A DNA stretch of 63,998 nt, the filler included, from Atractiella rhizophila (taxonomy: Eukaryota): the NCBI GenBank assembly GCA_021432655.1. It is 4 parts of 4 records of this genome, joined end to end, with 100 filler letters (N's around TTAATTAATTAA, not from the genome) between each part and the next. Parts side by side here need not be neighbours in the genome. Positions count along the whole stretch, not along the records: positions 12,688 to 29,803 come from MU271881.1; positions 29,904 to 47,013 come from MU271882.1; 2 more parts are not named here. One strand, written 5' to 3'. Both the position numbers and the translations under genes were made by a program. The notes below the pieces were generated by a model, which was not told where the DNA came from, searched no databases, and saw only the letters and a program-made list of their open reading frames with translations. The stretch's first letter is position 1. Every line of letters starts with the position of its first letter. Below are positions 23,147 to 35,386 of the stretch, piece after piece.

Positions 23147-26100
23147 ATGAGCGCCAGCGGCGACAGCGACGACAATGGTGGCCTGACGGAGGAGCTTTTC
23201 AAGCAGTATAACGAGAAGTTGAGCAAATCTACGTGCGTGTTCCCTATCCTGTGCTATGCGGGTGTTGAATGACGTTGAGCAGACCTCAGTCAATTTGGAC
23301 TCAGGTATGCGTGATTTCGGCCTCTGGAGGCAATGCTCACTGTCACAATAGCTGGGATTAACACTAGCACTTTCCATCGTCACTCTCTTAGCGTTCAGCT
23401 TGCTTCGTCCTACTCATCGAGTTGTCTATGCTCCAAAGGTACGTCAGCGCTGTTTGAAAATGGAAGATCCGCTAATTTACGCCATCACTCATGACAGGCA
23501 AAATACTCGTCGGACGACAAAGCTCCTCCAGTTATCGGAAAGGGTATCTTCTCATGGATTCCTCCGCTTGTGAACACCAAGGAAGACAAGTTGCTTGACA
23601 CCATTGGACTCGATGCTGTCACTTTCCTGAGATTCTTGAGGATGGGGAGGTGGATGTGAGTACCGTGGTATGCCGTAAATGCGGAGCTGGAATGCTGACG
23701 TGCTGATGCTAAAGGTTCACTTTGATCGCGATTGCAACCCTCGGCATTCTCGTACCCATCGACATCATCTATAACGTGAAGAATGTCGATTCAAGTAGGA
23801 GGGACTTTTTCACCAGCATCACTATCAAGAACGTCAGAGGGAATGCGCTCTATGGTCATGTCGCCGTGAGTGCCCGGTTTTTGAATGACTGCCCTTCTCA
23901 TTCATTTGTAGGCTGCCTACGTCGTGACAATTATCGTCTACTTTTTCCTTTGGCGAAATTACAGCAAGATGCTTGAACTTCGATGGCGATACTTCCGCTC
24001 AAACGAATATCAGCGTATGCTCAGCGCACGGTCAATCATCGTGAGGCTCCCGTCTACCTTCTAGACGCCATCTCATTTCTTTTCGTAAACAGGCTACCCA
24101 AATTCCGAAGAACCTGCAATCCGATCAGGGACTCATGCAGATTTTCTCCAACCTCCAAATCCCCTACCCTACCACTGCAATCCACATCGGACGGCGAGTA
24201 GGGGACATTCCAAAGCTCCTCGTTAGTTTCCACCTGCGTAACCTCTTGCTCTGTTCTGATCATGGTTTGCAGGAACAACATAACGACTCAGTCCGCCAGC
24301 TCGAACAAGTCCTTACCACCTATCTCAAGAATCCAAACAAGATTCCGGCTAAACGACCGACGATGAGACTCGGAGGGACTCTATGTTGTGGAGGGAGGAA
24401 GGTGGATGCGATCGATTATTTGACAAAGAAGATTCAAAGGGAAGCTGAAATCGTGGAGAGCGCGAGATCGATGATTTTGGAGAAGAAGCCGCAGAATTAC
24501 GGTTTCGCGTCCTTTTCTTCCGTTCCTTATGCTCATCTCGTCGCTGAAAAGCTATCCGGCAAGAGGGTACGGTTTCCAGATTTTTTCTCATGTATCCCTT
24601 TTGACGAGACGATTAGTTCAAAGGAGCCCTTTTCGAACTGGCTCCTCAACCCAATGACATTATTTGGGAGAATTTGCCAAAGACGGATGTGGAAAGGAGA
24701 GGCAGCACATTCTTCGGGAGCCTCTTCCTCGTCATCTTTTTGATCCTCTATATCATTCCTTTGTGCGTTTCCATTCCATTGCTCCAACTCGTTATGAATA
24801 AAGGAGGGAGATAGGGTTGGAGTGGCGTTCTTGTCCAGTTTGCCAGCTGTCACACAATACGTCGGTTTCATCGACTCATGGAGCAGGAACTCAGAGTTCA
24901 CCTTCTCCGCCTTCGTCGGTATGTTGCTGCTTTGAATAGCAATTACATTTTCTGACCGTGAGCAGGTGTGGTGCCTCCTTTGCTCTCCGTCCTCTTGCAG
25001 TTGATCTTGCCCCTTGTCATTCGATGGATTGCCAAGGTTTGTACCTCTCTTATGATTGTCAACTGCCTTCGTTCAACGTGGTCATAGGGACAAGGAAACA
25101 CGACGCATACCAAGCTCGACAGATACGTGTTCGGCCGCTACGTCGCATTCTTGATTATCTCTCAGGCAAGTCATTGTTCTTCTTAAAAAGAGACAAACTA
25201 ACAACTTGACAGTTTCTCATCTTCTCGCTGCTATTCGTCATATTCCAACTTGTCTCGTTCGTCGTGGAAGGAATCGGAGACCATAAAAGCTTTTCAGAGA
25301 TTTGGGAAAACTTTAAGAATCTCCCCGATAGAGTCCAGACTGCCTATGTTCAGCAGAGCACTTACTGGATTACCTGGTTTCCGCTTCGAGGTTTTTCCAG
25401 TGTCTTCGATCTGGTAGGTTTTGATTCCTTGGCTCTTCTTTCCTCACAATGCAACAGGCGCAAGTCGTCAATCTACTCTACATTTCCTTCAAGACGCGTT
25501 TGTTTGGCCGAACCCCTCGCGAGATTCGAGAATGGACCAAACCCCCAACATTTGACTACTCAGTCTACTACGCTAACAATATATTCATGCTTACCGTCGG
25601 ATTCATTTATGCTCCTCTCGCACCGCTTGTCAGTGCTCTCGCCGCCGTTGCCTTCTTCGCCTCCGCCATGATCTACAAGTACCAGCTTATGTTTGTCTTC
25701 ACCACCGCTATCGAAACCGGAGGACGGCTTTGGAGAATGGTCGTCAATCGAATACTCTTCGCTCTACTCCTCATGCATGCCCTGATGGTCCTTACGATCG
25801 GATTGCAGTTAGGATGGATCAAGGCGGTATCCCTTGGACCTGCCGTCCTGTCAGTGATAGGCTTCAAAATATTCCTCTCCCGTCGCTTTGATCGAAAGTA
25901 CACTTGGTACATCCCTGATAAGGAGGAGATGGAGACGGTAGCGATTCACAACCAAGACGCCAGAAAGAATAGATTGGAGAAACGTTTCGGTCATCCTGCC
26001 CTCTACGAACCCCTTTTCACGCCTCAAATCCACAAGAAGTCGCAGCACTTGTTGGCCCAAGTGTACTCTGGCAGGATTGAGGAGACGAAGGCGGAAATAG

Positions 26101-26828
26101 ACGTCGGTGGACAGAAGGTGGGCGGTGCGATGATTGGTGGCTTAACCTTTGCTGCTCTGGAGGAGAGGAACTTGGAGTACGATCGGAAGCAATATCTTCG
26201 GGAACAGAATGAGGATCTTTGGGAGACCAGGTAATTAGCACTTCCTCCACATTTATGGTCAATAGGACTGAGGTTCTTTTCAGGTCGATGGCTTCGACGG
26301 CCATGGGACCAGCTCACTCGAAAAACGATTCGTACCAGCAACATCATCAAAAGAGCGGATCCTTCCAAGCTCAACATGCCGCGTACATGCAGTATGGACC
26401 GCAACATGGGCAGGGTCCTCGTCGCCCTCCTCTCGCCCCCAATGATTCTGCGGAGACGCACGAATTGGCTCGGTTTCCAAGTGGGCAATCCCAAGAGCGA
26501 CTCATCAATCCTCGCTCACAAAGTCCCTTCCCTTCCCGCTCCGCCAGTCCTTATCACAACCCTCAAGGAAGCACCTCCTCTGTCGGTTTCCACCACCAGC
26601 CGAATCCGAGCATATCGTCGCTTTCTCAACACCAACACACACGTGCCAAATGCGAGCATGTCTTCCTTAGATTTCTCCTCTCCTCCGATGGGATACCCAC
26701 CCACCTACCGCTCCTCTTCTCCAGCCCAATCCCGTTCCGCATCTCCCTATGGCTCTCCTCATTTGCGGACAGCGTCGACGAATAGTGCTGGGGGTCAGCA
26801 GCAAGGCTTCGCTCCTCCAAGGCGATAA
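23147..26828 (+). CDS. OSCA/TMEM63/CSC1 (RSN1/DUF221) mechanosensitive cation channel, multi-exon
   Basis: FSLLRP...VYAPK, IGLDAVTFLRFLRM, KVDAIDY, YGFASF, LAPQPNDIIWENL, TPREIREWTKPPTFDY, YKYQLMFVFTTAIETGGRLW. Confidence 0.93.
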
Positions 26829-27023
26829 TGTAAATTGAGATATCCTCATTTTTGCACAATTTCTCTGTAGTTTACTTAAGCCAGCCTTAAATCTGTTTAT
26901 TTGTGTTTACTGGACATTCGGTTCGCTACGTTCCGTTTAGTTGGTAGTGCACATCAATTTCGATAATGGGATCGTATATAACCATCTCTACAACCTCTGA
27001 CAGCTTCGTAGCGAACAAAGCGA

Positions 27024-27823
27024 TTAATCCTGAATAGTGGTCAGCCAAATAAGCCCTCTCTTCAGCCTTCCCATATTCGCAGTTCCAACTACCAATATGA
27101 CAGTGAGAGAGACGACGAGCGGGACTGTTGTTTCAGGTAGGAGTCCGAAGATTAAAGGTTCGACAAGGAGGTTGAAAGGCACATCTATCTCGTCACTCGG
27201 AGGAGGTCGCGCATAGACTGAGGCGAACGAAGCCGTCAAATGCAACGTGGATGGTGGATCGAACCGTAGCTTGGCTGATATTGCATGCTACGAGGCGGTA
27301 TGATTAGTACGAGAGGCAAAAACTAGTCAAGACAGGGAGAGTTTCTTCTTTGTTGAAGCAGGTCACACATGTCTGATGAGCATGAGCATTGATCACTGTC
27401 GACGGCTCCCAGCAGATGTCAGCCGAAGTACGTCTTTTAAGAGCGTTTTCCCGCGTTGACTATGTGTAATGCATCATATTATGCCGGATACAAGAACAGG
27501 AAACGTTGTTGGGAAGGCGATGGAAAACTCACGCCAGCACTCCAACAAAACCTAGCAGTGTAGCTACCCCTGTCCATACCAACCAAGGTCCATGACAAGT
27601 TACTCTCCTTGTAGAGTACTTTAGGCTTATCCCAGCCGGTTAAAGGAATGAGCGAGATGGGAATTGATGATGTGATTTGGGAGGATGGGGAAATTGTGTT
27701 TCTCGCCACGTCGGCAGGAGCATCAGTCGGTTCGTAGTAAAAATTAATTATTTCTGTATTGGCGACGCAACAGGTAATGAGCAGCAGTAGGACAAGACTT
27801 CGTATGAAGCAGAAGGCGATCAT
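27024..27823 (-). CDS. Type I membrane protein, Pga1-like (GPI mannosyltransferase II accessory)
   Basis: Signal peptide followed by ANTEIINF, YTARFCWSAG|HA, and LLVEPLIFGLLP before a C-terminal TM helix; one intron 27288-27532. Family call is from remembered motifs. Confidence 0.55.
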
Positions 27824-28017
27824 TCTGAGCCATTCCAACTTGGCCGTTCACAACAACCAGCACGTGAGTAAAGGATTGATCACTTATTGATTGATTGATT
27901 GATTGGATAGCCACTTGTATCCTTATTTCTCAGTGTATTTCAATTCTTCCAATTAAAGAAGTATCTTTCCTTCATCCTCTTACGAACGGCCTACTCTAGG
28001 CAGTTCAAGATTTTGTC

Positions 28018-29799
28018 GTGTCGTGTGTGACGATGCAAAGCAGGCATGAATCCCGTCTTTGGTTTGTTTTCTGGTCACATCTAAAAGGATTTGGGGGCTG
28101 TAGTCTTGGCGACTCTGAAGAAATGGTCGAGCGGCAAACAGACTCGACCGCGCTTGTTAATCTCATCACCCCAGCAAAATGGAGCAGTTCGAGGGGCACC
28201 ACGCTGCATCTCTCCATTCTTCCATCTTTCTTATCGCTGCTACCCTCATCAATACACACGCTCCGGATCACTTTTGTCTTCCCTCATAGATTGTATAAGC
28301 GTCCTGCAGCGGTTGCATCAAAATTGTTCTATTTCGCACTCGAAAATACAATCGAAAACTATTCAGCTGGTGTCATGAATCTTTGCGTGTCGTTTGCCTA
28401 TAAAAATGTTACCTTGACCTTTGGGGAGGTGGAACGGCCCTCATCTGTTGATACGGGGGATCCAGCTAGAGAACCCTCTCCCCAGATAAAGCTCTTCACT
28501 CGAACAATAGTGACTCGCATGTTCCCTCTGCCTGCAAGCCGCTCTCAAATCATCTTCGCCCCCATCACCGTATACGCTGAAGACGGCCTGCGCTTCGTCC
28601 ATGATGGCGAACCTTCCATCCCATCCGCACGCCAGAGTGCTACGAACATTATCCAGCTCTCAGGGATTGGACCATGCTCTATCTCGCGCCTGCCTGTCGA
28701 GATTCTTTCTCTCATCTTCGATTTCATTACATGGCGCAAAACCGGAGATGCCGTCAACGGATACAATGCTGCTTCCATCCTCTCAAATATCTGCCAGTTC
28801 TGGAGGTCGCTTTCAGCTGCTTACTGGGAAGAACCCACGTCTGTGAATGAGATGCATGCCCGCTTGAATATGTATCCTGATTCTGGCCGTCTGTGGAGCA
28901 CATTGCGGTTTGAAGAAGGTATCAGCGCTGTGATGGCAAAAAATATTATCGAGGGATCTCCGAATGTTACAGAAGTATCAGTGGACGCATTTTGGAATGA
29001 GGAGGAGGCAAAGTCGGTTTTGAATGCAATTGAAGGGTTGACAAGGCTGGAGAGCATCGCGTTTGGACATTTGGGCTCGAGGATGTGGAGGAAGAGGGAA
29101 GTGGAAAGATTCATGCAGAGGATGGGTGGGAGGATCAAAAGGCTCAGCGCTTATGCGGACAAAGACTCTTCCTCTTCTAGGACCTCTTCTGCCCTTTCTG
29201 CATCAACCCGCCTGCAATTACCTCCTGGACTCTTATCCCTAGAACTTCACAAGTATCCACCTCTCCCGTCTCTAACCCTCCCACACGCTCTCCTGGATTT
29301 GAGTCTCTGCCATTTGTGTCCTCTGCCACCTTCCATCTCAAGCTCCCCTCTTCCACCTCATCTAGAATATCTCGAGATCAAGCTCGCCTCCTTCTCATCT
29401 GATGGAAGTATCTCCGTCCTTCCTACTCCACTTGACTTATCACGCCTCAAGCACCTCACCTCCCTCTACCTTGATGGTGGTGCAGATACTTCAAATCTGG
29501 TTTGCCGCCGCTTCTTCCGCACTCTTAAAAATGCAAAAGCGATTGAGCGAATAGAGCTTGCGTATTGCATGGTGGAATGGTTCGATTTCCCAGACTTCAT
29601 CAACTGGTTCTTCAAGGATCGATGGGTGACTGCAACCAGGAGGGATGGATTTGAACCACGCAAATATACGAGAAGATTATGTTTAAGTGTTCTGTTATTC
29701 TTTGCCGATTGGCAAGAGGAGGAGATCCGGATTTCTAAGAGGATGTTGAAAGAATGTGCAACAGGCGAGTTGCAAGAATTGTCGACAGTCTCCGAGTAG
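28018..29799 (+). CDS. F-box/LRR-like protein (true start uncertain)
   Basis: 593-aa ORF with F-box motif ISRLPVEILSLIFDFI...LSNICQFWR followed by leucine-rich repeats. Confidence 0.8.
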   Translation: MSCVTMQSRHESRLWFVFWSHLKGFGGCSLGDSEEMVERQTDSTALVNLITPAKWSSSRGTTLHLSILPSFLSLLPSSIHTLRITFVFPHRLYKRPAAVASKLFYFALENTIENYSAGVMNLCVSFAYKNVTLTFGEVERPSSVDTGDPAREPSPQIKLFTRTIVTRMFPLPASRSQIIFAPITVYAEDGLRFVHDGEPSIPSARQSATNIIQLSGIGPCSISRLPVEILSLIFDFITWRKTGDAVNGYNAASILSNICQFWRSLSAAYWEEPTSVNEMHARLNMYPDSGRLWSTLRFEEGISAVMAKNIIEGSPNVTEVSVDAFWNEEEAKSVLNAIEGLTRLESIAFGHLGSRMWRKREVERFMQRMGGRIKRLSAYADKDSSSSRTSSALSASTRLQLPPGLLSLELHKYPPLPSLTLPHALLDLSLCHLCPLPPSISSSPLPPHLEYLEIKLASFSSDGSISVLPTPLDLSRLKHLTSLYLDGGADTSNLVCRRFFRTLKNAKAIERIELAYCMVEWFDFPDFINWFFKDRWVTATRRDGFEPRKYTRRLCLSVLLFFADWQEEEIRISKRMLKECATGELQELSTVSE

Positions 29800-29803
29800 T
29801 GAT

Positions 29804-29903
29804 NNNNNNNNNNNNNNNNNNNNNNNNNNNNNNNNNNNNNNNNNNNNTTAATTAATTAANNNNNNNNNNNNNNNNNNNNNNNNNNNNNNNNNNNNNNNNN
29901 NNN
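29804..29903. other. Artificial scaffold spacer
   Basis: 44 N + TTAATTAATTAA + 44 N. Confidence 0.97.
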
Positions 29904-32900
29904 TACACCTTGGAACCTCGCTACCGCTAGAGACGAGGAGAGCTCTGATAGCCTTGGGATGGGATAACGAGGAGGATGCCAAACAATCAGCGCAACAGAA
30001 CATGAAGACTCCCATTTCTCTTATTTCGGTCCTCCAGCTCGATCAGGTGCTGGATGGAGGAATAGAAACTTCTTCTTCCTCTAAACCTGCCGGAACGTCC
30101 CCAGGTCTTCTGCGTCGGAAATCAAGTACTGGTGGCGGTCAAGGAAGCGGGAAGAGACGTGCAATTCTGGTTCCTTCGATAGCTCTTCTTCTGTCCAAAT
30201 TGGTGAATCTGTTACTGGACGCAGACCAAACTGTCGCTTCCGCTGCGCGAGAAGCTGTCACTATCTTCGGTAAGCATATTTTCAAAATTTGGAACGCAGA
30301 TTCATATCCCGTAGCGCGCGACGACCCAATGGTGTTTCTTCGTCCGGTTTTTGAGGACTTATCGGCGGACTCTACGAAGCAGATCGCGGCTCTTACACTC
30401 ATTCGGAGATTAACTAACGCACAAGCCAATCTCCCACCCGCTTTCGTGTACCATCTCTTCAATCATCTAGCAGGATACTTAAGGGCCAACTTGCGGGAAG
30501 GCAAAGCTGACGTTGCGCCAAAAGTTCTTGGGGATACCCTTCCAGTAGCTGCCAGACTTTTACCTGAGCTCAATGGGTTCAACGTTCTCTCGCTCCGAAA
30601 AAACAAGGTCGAAATTTTCTACCTTCCCAGCGGAGCGTTTTGGTTTACAGATCCAGCGCCGGAAGCGCCCATGTTCCCACGAACGTTACCTTCCGAGTTT
30701 GAGTTCGTTTCCAAACGATTAGGTGTACCCAAACAGGTTCTCTATGTCGCAATGGCCAGAAGCGCACAGAATATGATATTTGCTAAAAGCGTACAGAGAA
30801 CGGCCCGAGATGCCTACCTCTACAAGAAGCTGATTGGGGTCCTCGAGCTCGCTCAAGGCAACGACCTACCAAAACAATTAGGTGATGCCGACTTTGTGCC
30901 TCGACTTGGTGCGGGGAAGAGCTCCATCGCTTCCTCGAAAGTTCAGCGTGAAGAGCAGGACCTCAGAGGAGTCTCTTTGGTTCTAGCACGATCATGGCTT
31001 GTGGCCTTGATCAGGTTACTCTCTGCACTGAATCGAATCTTCAATTCCCGACCAGAGATGGCGACGATTATGGACACCGTGAATCGTATCCTTCTGGTTC
31101 ACGGAAATGATTCCAATGTCGTCGCTTTAGCACTCCGCGTCTGTCTTTTAGCTTCTACCCGATTTCGTCGACTATTTTCCTCCAGCAATGGCTTCCAACT
31201 GTGCTTCCCAGCAATATTCAAAACATTTTGCGAAAGTAAACAGAACCAAGCGATTCGACTTGGTATCATGTACACCTTCAGGAGATTCTATCAACATCAT
31301 GAGGAATCTTTCGTTTTCCAAGCATTCGGAGCAGTGACGCCTCTTTTCGCATCCGCTATTGTATCGGACGAAGCTAAGAAGGTGATGGCAAGGGATCTCT
31401 TCCTTCTCCTTCGTACACTTTCGAGCGATCATCGAGAAAGTGCTGTCGACATTTTGGGATTACACAATGCCAACGCGAAGGAAGAACAAGAGGCTCTTAT
31501 CAACATTGTTAACGATAAGCCTGAGGTCTTTCTGGCACCGCTCATAGGAACGAAAGAGGAAGAAAATTCGGCGGAGCGAATTCAAGAGCTGGCGAAGGAA
31601 AAAGACTTCCCGATCGAGAACTCGATCAAGCTCTTCTTCACGGTCGTTGCTTTCCAACCCCAGTCTGGACGAGCAGGGGATTTTCTGTTTCTCTTCCGTC
31701 TCCTTGTCCCAGCATTCTACAATTCCTCAGGAGACGCTCGCAAGCTGTTGAAGGAGGGAATCGAGGCACTTTCAGCTGTTTTTTCCAAGCCGTCAGCAGG
31801 ACGAGCTAGATTTCAAGCAGGGGAGACGCCGGTCTTACAGACTTCGGATCCAGCTGTCGCTTCAGTCGGAGAAAATCCTCAAGACGACACCCACACCTGG
31901 TTAACAATGCGAAGACTGTTCCTGCTTGCGGTGGCGACATATTACGAGTGTGGTGGAACACTAAACGGACAGTCCATGCGTCGAATACTTGACCTGTTAA
32001 GAGCCGTTTTGAAAGATTCCACGGAATCTGTGCGTAAGGCCGCATCTACATTCATGACAGGATATACAGCAAGCATTTTGGTGAAGGGATGGTTTCGATT
32101 CGTCACATGCTAGCCTTTCTCCGCGACGTGTCGCCCCTGTTTGCCTCTCAAGCGAATAAAGTCGATTTCTCCTCCCTGCTGGACGCTCTTTGTCACGTTG
32201 TGAAAAACATCGCGGAACAGGAACCAGACCTAGGCAACGCGATTTCGAACCAGTTTGTTTTGCCAGCTATAGAAGCCTGTTCAATTTACGCTTCGGAAGG
32301 AGGACTTTATCTTCCCATACAAGCGTCGACAATACGACTAGTCTCCCTTTGTCTCACATGGTTGGATAACGACGTCTTTGGCATGATCGAAAAGCAAGAT
32401 CAATCGTCTGGATTTCTGGCCCGCTTCATCTTTCCCCTGGCGCTAGAACTGCCATCTGCACCAGCGACATCTAAAGATCTGGATGCGGTTGAAGAACGAT
32501 TACGAAAAGCGTGGGCAAGCTTAGCGTCCTACGTCCTCACGGCTTGGAAATCTATCTCGTCGAACCCGACATCCACTTCCAAAGGTGCAGCTCGTCCTTC
32601 CTCATTCACCATCCTCCTCGCCATCCAGATCCTAAAAGTCATCATCGTGCGGGGAGAGCGTTTCCTGTCGCTAACGCCAGGATCGTGGCAAAGCATGGCT
32701 TCATTCCTCCGGGAAAACCTCCACAAATCTGGCGCCAAGGTACTCAACGATCTTTCAAGTGGTCAACCCAGGACATTAGATTATGCATTTTTTTCTCTCG
32801 CTGAACTACTCAGCCTCTATCGCTCCCCTCTTATGCTTCATTTGCGCCCTTTTATCAGGGAGAAGTTAATCGACTGTCGTCTGAACGGGCGTCGAATCGC

Positions 32901-33636
32901 ATTGAGCGATTTTTCAAGGAACTCGGTACTGGGAAAGACTGCGAACCGAACGTCCGCCTTCTCAAAACCTCTCCTAGGACGTTCGCTCTCCACTCGTTCT
33001 CGCGCCGTACGTTCCCCTACTCAGTCTCCCTCAGGGTCAAGATCAGCTTCGCCAGTAGGCTCTCGAGCCCCCTCACGCCGTCCGAGCGTAACTGGTTTGT
33101 TGGACCAACATATGGACTTTCACAAGCGAAAACCAAGCTTTGACCTCTTCTCTCAGAATTACCTCAACCTGAAACCTGAACCAGACATCGATCAACAAGA
33201 CAACGAGGAAGTTGCTGCGTCGCCAACAGTTCAGGGGACAGCCACCTCAAGAATTCGACATCTTGGTCCCCAGTTCCTGTTCAATGAGGCACTCCGCTCA
33301 TCCGGATCGCAGCGCCAAAAGAAGGACGAGATGATCCTGGCTACTTTTGGGATCCAATTCGACCGCGGTGTTCGGCTGAGAGGAACCGAGATGGCAGCGG
33401 CCGTATTACAGAAGATTCAGAACGTCCAGATCATATTTGGAGAACCAGTGTTGGAAAGCGATGGGGGGAAGGTCGAGGATGTGGAGAGTTGGACTACGAA
33501 TGAAGCAATAGCGGCGGCAGTGGAAGAGACAAGAATCATCTGTAACGAATTTGGAGACGTCCTATCGGGGTATGGGAGTGAAGGACCAGTGGGTCATATT
33601 GGGCTGAGTGGTTCTATTCGTAGTGCCCGATCGTAG
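29904..33636 (+). CDS. Large ARM/HEAT protein, UNC80-like C-terminal region; 5'-truncated by scaffold edge, frame break near 32090
   Basis: ORFs 29954-32113 and 32089-33636 (>1200 aa together, helical); ASTRFRRLFSSSNGFQLCFPAIFKTF...RFYQHHEESFVFQAFGAVTPL resembles the conserved UNC80 segment as I recall it (F...FS.NG.....P......FY..H...F..Q.F..V.P.). Confidence 0.6.
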
Positions 33637-33667
33637 TTTGTTCGCAGTTTTGTTCTTAGTTCGTGTG

Positions 33668-34587
33668 TCATTTGATTTCTATCTTTTCAAACCGCCAAAA
33701 ATCTACGTGAATGTCCAGCGATTTTTGCTTATGCATCTTCATGGTCTTGGGAAGCTCGTACTAAGCTCCACACACATCAAACACATATTGTGAATTACTG
33801 GAATACTCACCCTCATCTCGGCTAACACTTCTCCTTTGAATCCAAATTCCTTCGCTTTTTTCGATATATACTCCCTTGTTGAAGTCTTGTGTAACGAATA
33901 AACTGCGCTGCTCGCCAGCTTTACATCGTTTCCGGATCAACGCAGCGGGTAATGGCAGAGCGGAGAGAACGTACACGGCAAGCCCACGAAAGGAACAGCA
34001 TATCCACATTCTTGTTCTTCGTCCCAAACGGCGGGTTCATCACCACAGTATCAAAACTCTGCCCTGCCTTAAATATCCCACACTTCCCTCCTTCATCGTT
34101 CCACTCGGACAAATCCGATTGCACCAAATCAATCTCTGATGAAAGCTCCTCATTGATCCGGTTAATGTTATCCCTCGCGATTGACAGGGCAGACGGGTCT
34201 ATGTCCACTCCCACGACATATGATGCGCCAGTGAGAAGGGAAGCGAGGGAAAGGATGCCGCATCCGCACCCTTTTGTCCATACAACAGCATCAAACGCGG
34301 TATTTTTAAATGAGAGAAGGGTGACCTAAGTCTAGAACTCTCTTTTCTTCGATATCATCGTACGTTACAGAAGCCGTAAAGAGCATACGGGCGGCCTGCC
34401 TGTGACATTGGTCCAAAGGGCACAAAAGAGGATAGAAATACCTGGTGAGCATCGGTCACGTATTGTTCTAGCTCTAGTTTCGGTTTTTCTGCGACATTCG
34501 TCTGTTAGGCATAAAGTCTGATGATGAGGCAGTTGTACCAAATCCACGTATCTTTTGAAGCTCGCACTCCAGATCTCGGAGCTTCAT
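33668..34587 (-). CDS. METTL5: METTL5-like rRNA N6-adenosine methyltransferase, multi-exon
   Basis: MKLRDLECELQ...PKLELEQYVT...VLDLG|CGCGIL...VGVDID...VVMNPPFGTK...VYSLHKTSTR...IHVDFWRF. Confidence 0.9.
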
Positions 34588-35386
34588 GATTCAAGGGACA
34601 ATGTTTTCCTATTCATTGAGCGTCAGCAATCAGCTTTTTTATTCTAAATACATTTGCACCCCGTAAGAATTCAATCAGGCCAGCGGTGTACCACTTGATT
34701 GCTCCACGACCGATTGGTACGTGGATATAGTCATTTTCACCCATAATTCTTTGCTAAACCTGTGCATCAAAAATGTAGTGGAACGGCGGAAAGGACGAAG
34801 ACGACTCTCCTTAGCCTTAGGCTCTATGATGGCTTCAGGGTTCCGGCATATGTTAGCTAGAGCCAGTTACACCGTAAAATTTCATCAAAAGAAAATGGTG
34901 ATTGTATATCCAAGCAAAGCCTGAATCTCGCTAATAGTTGGTAGTACTTGAGTGTATTACAGCAGCCAGCTAAGTCTTTCATGACAGCGCGGCCTGTCGG
35001 CAACAAGGAGTAAACGGGCACCGATCGAGATACTCACTCGAAAATTATGCCTTCAATCCTCTGTCTTAGAATCTTAACCTTTAAGCTTTGAGTACGAGCC
35101 TCCTCAGTCAATGCTCCACTCATCAACCGCAGCGGTCGGAAAAGCGTGAGCTTGTTCCGAAGACAACACGAGCCGCCTCGAGTTAAAGAAACCACGGAAC
35201 TGCTGAAAGCCTAAGCATTGCTCAGATAACGCGCTAAAGGTGCAATTCAGAATTCGTAACCCTGTGGGCCAGCAGCTTGTCTTGGAATAAAGGGACTGAA
35301 GAGTTGTCGCCAGTGAGCATTTTCCCTCCAGCCTACCTGTCTAACTCTTGTTCAGGTTCAGTGGTTTCATATTTGCAACACTCAGC

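Noticed and set aside
27365..27470. Hammerhead ribozyme or C/D snoRNA on the plus strand (ctgatgag...cgaag)
   Set aside because: GAAA core and NUH/stem III geometry are missing, there is no proper D box, and it is antisense to the host gene.
27886..27905. (ATTG)n microsatellite between divergent genes
   Set aside because: Short simple repeat with no evidence of function.
23147..33636. Ion-channel gene cluster (OSCA channel near the UNC80-like gene)
   Set aside because: The genes are on different scaffolds separated by the artificial spacer at 29804-29903.
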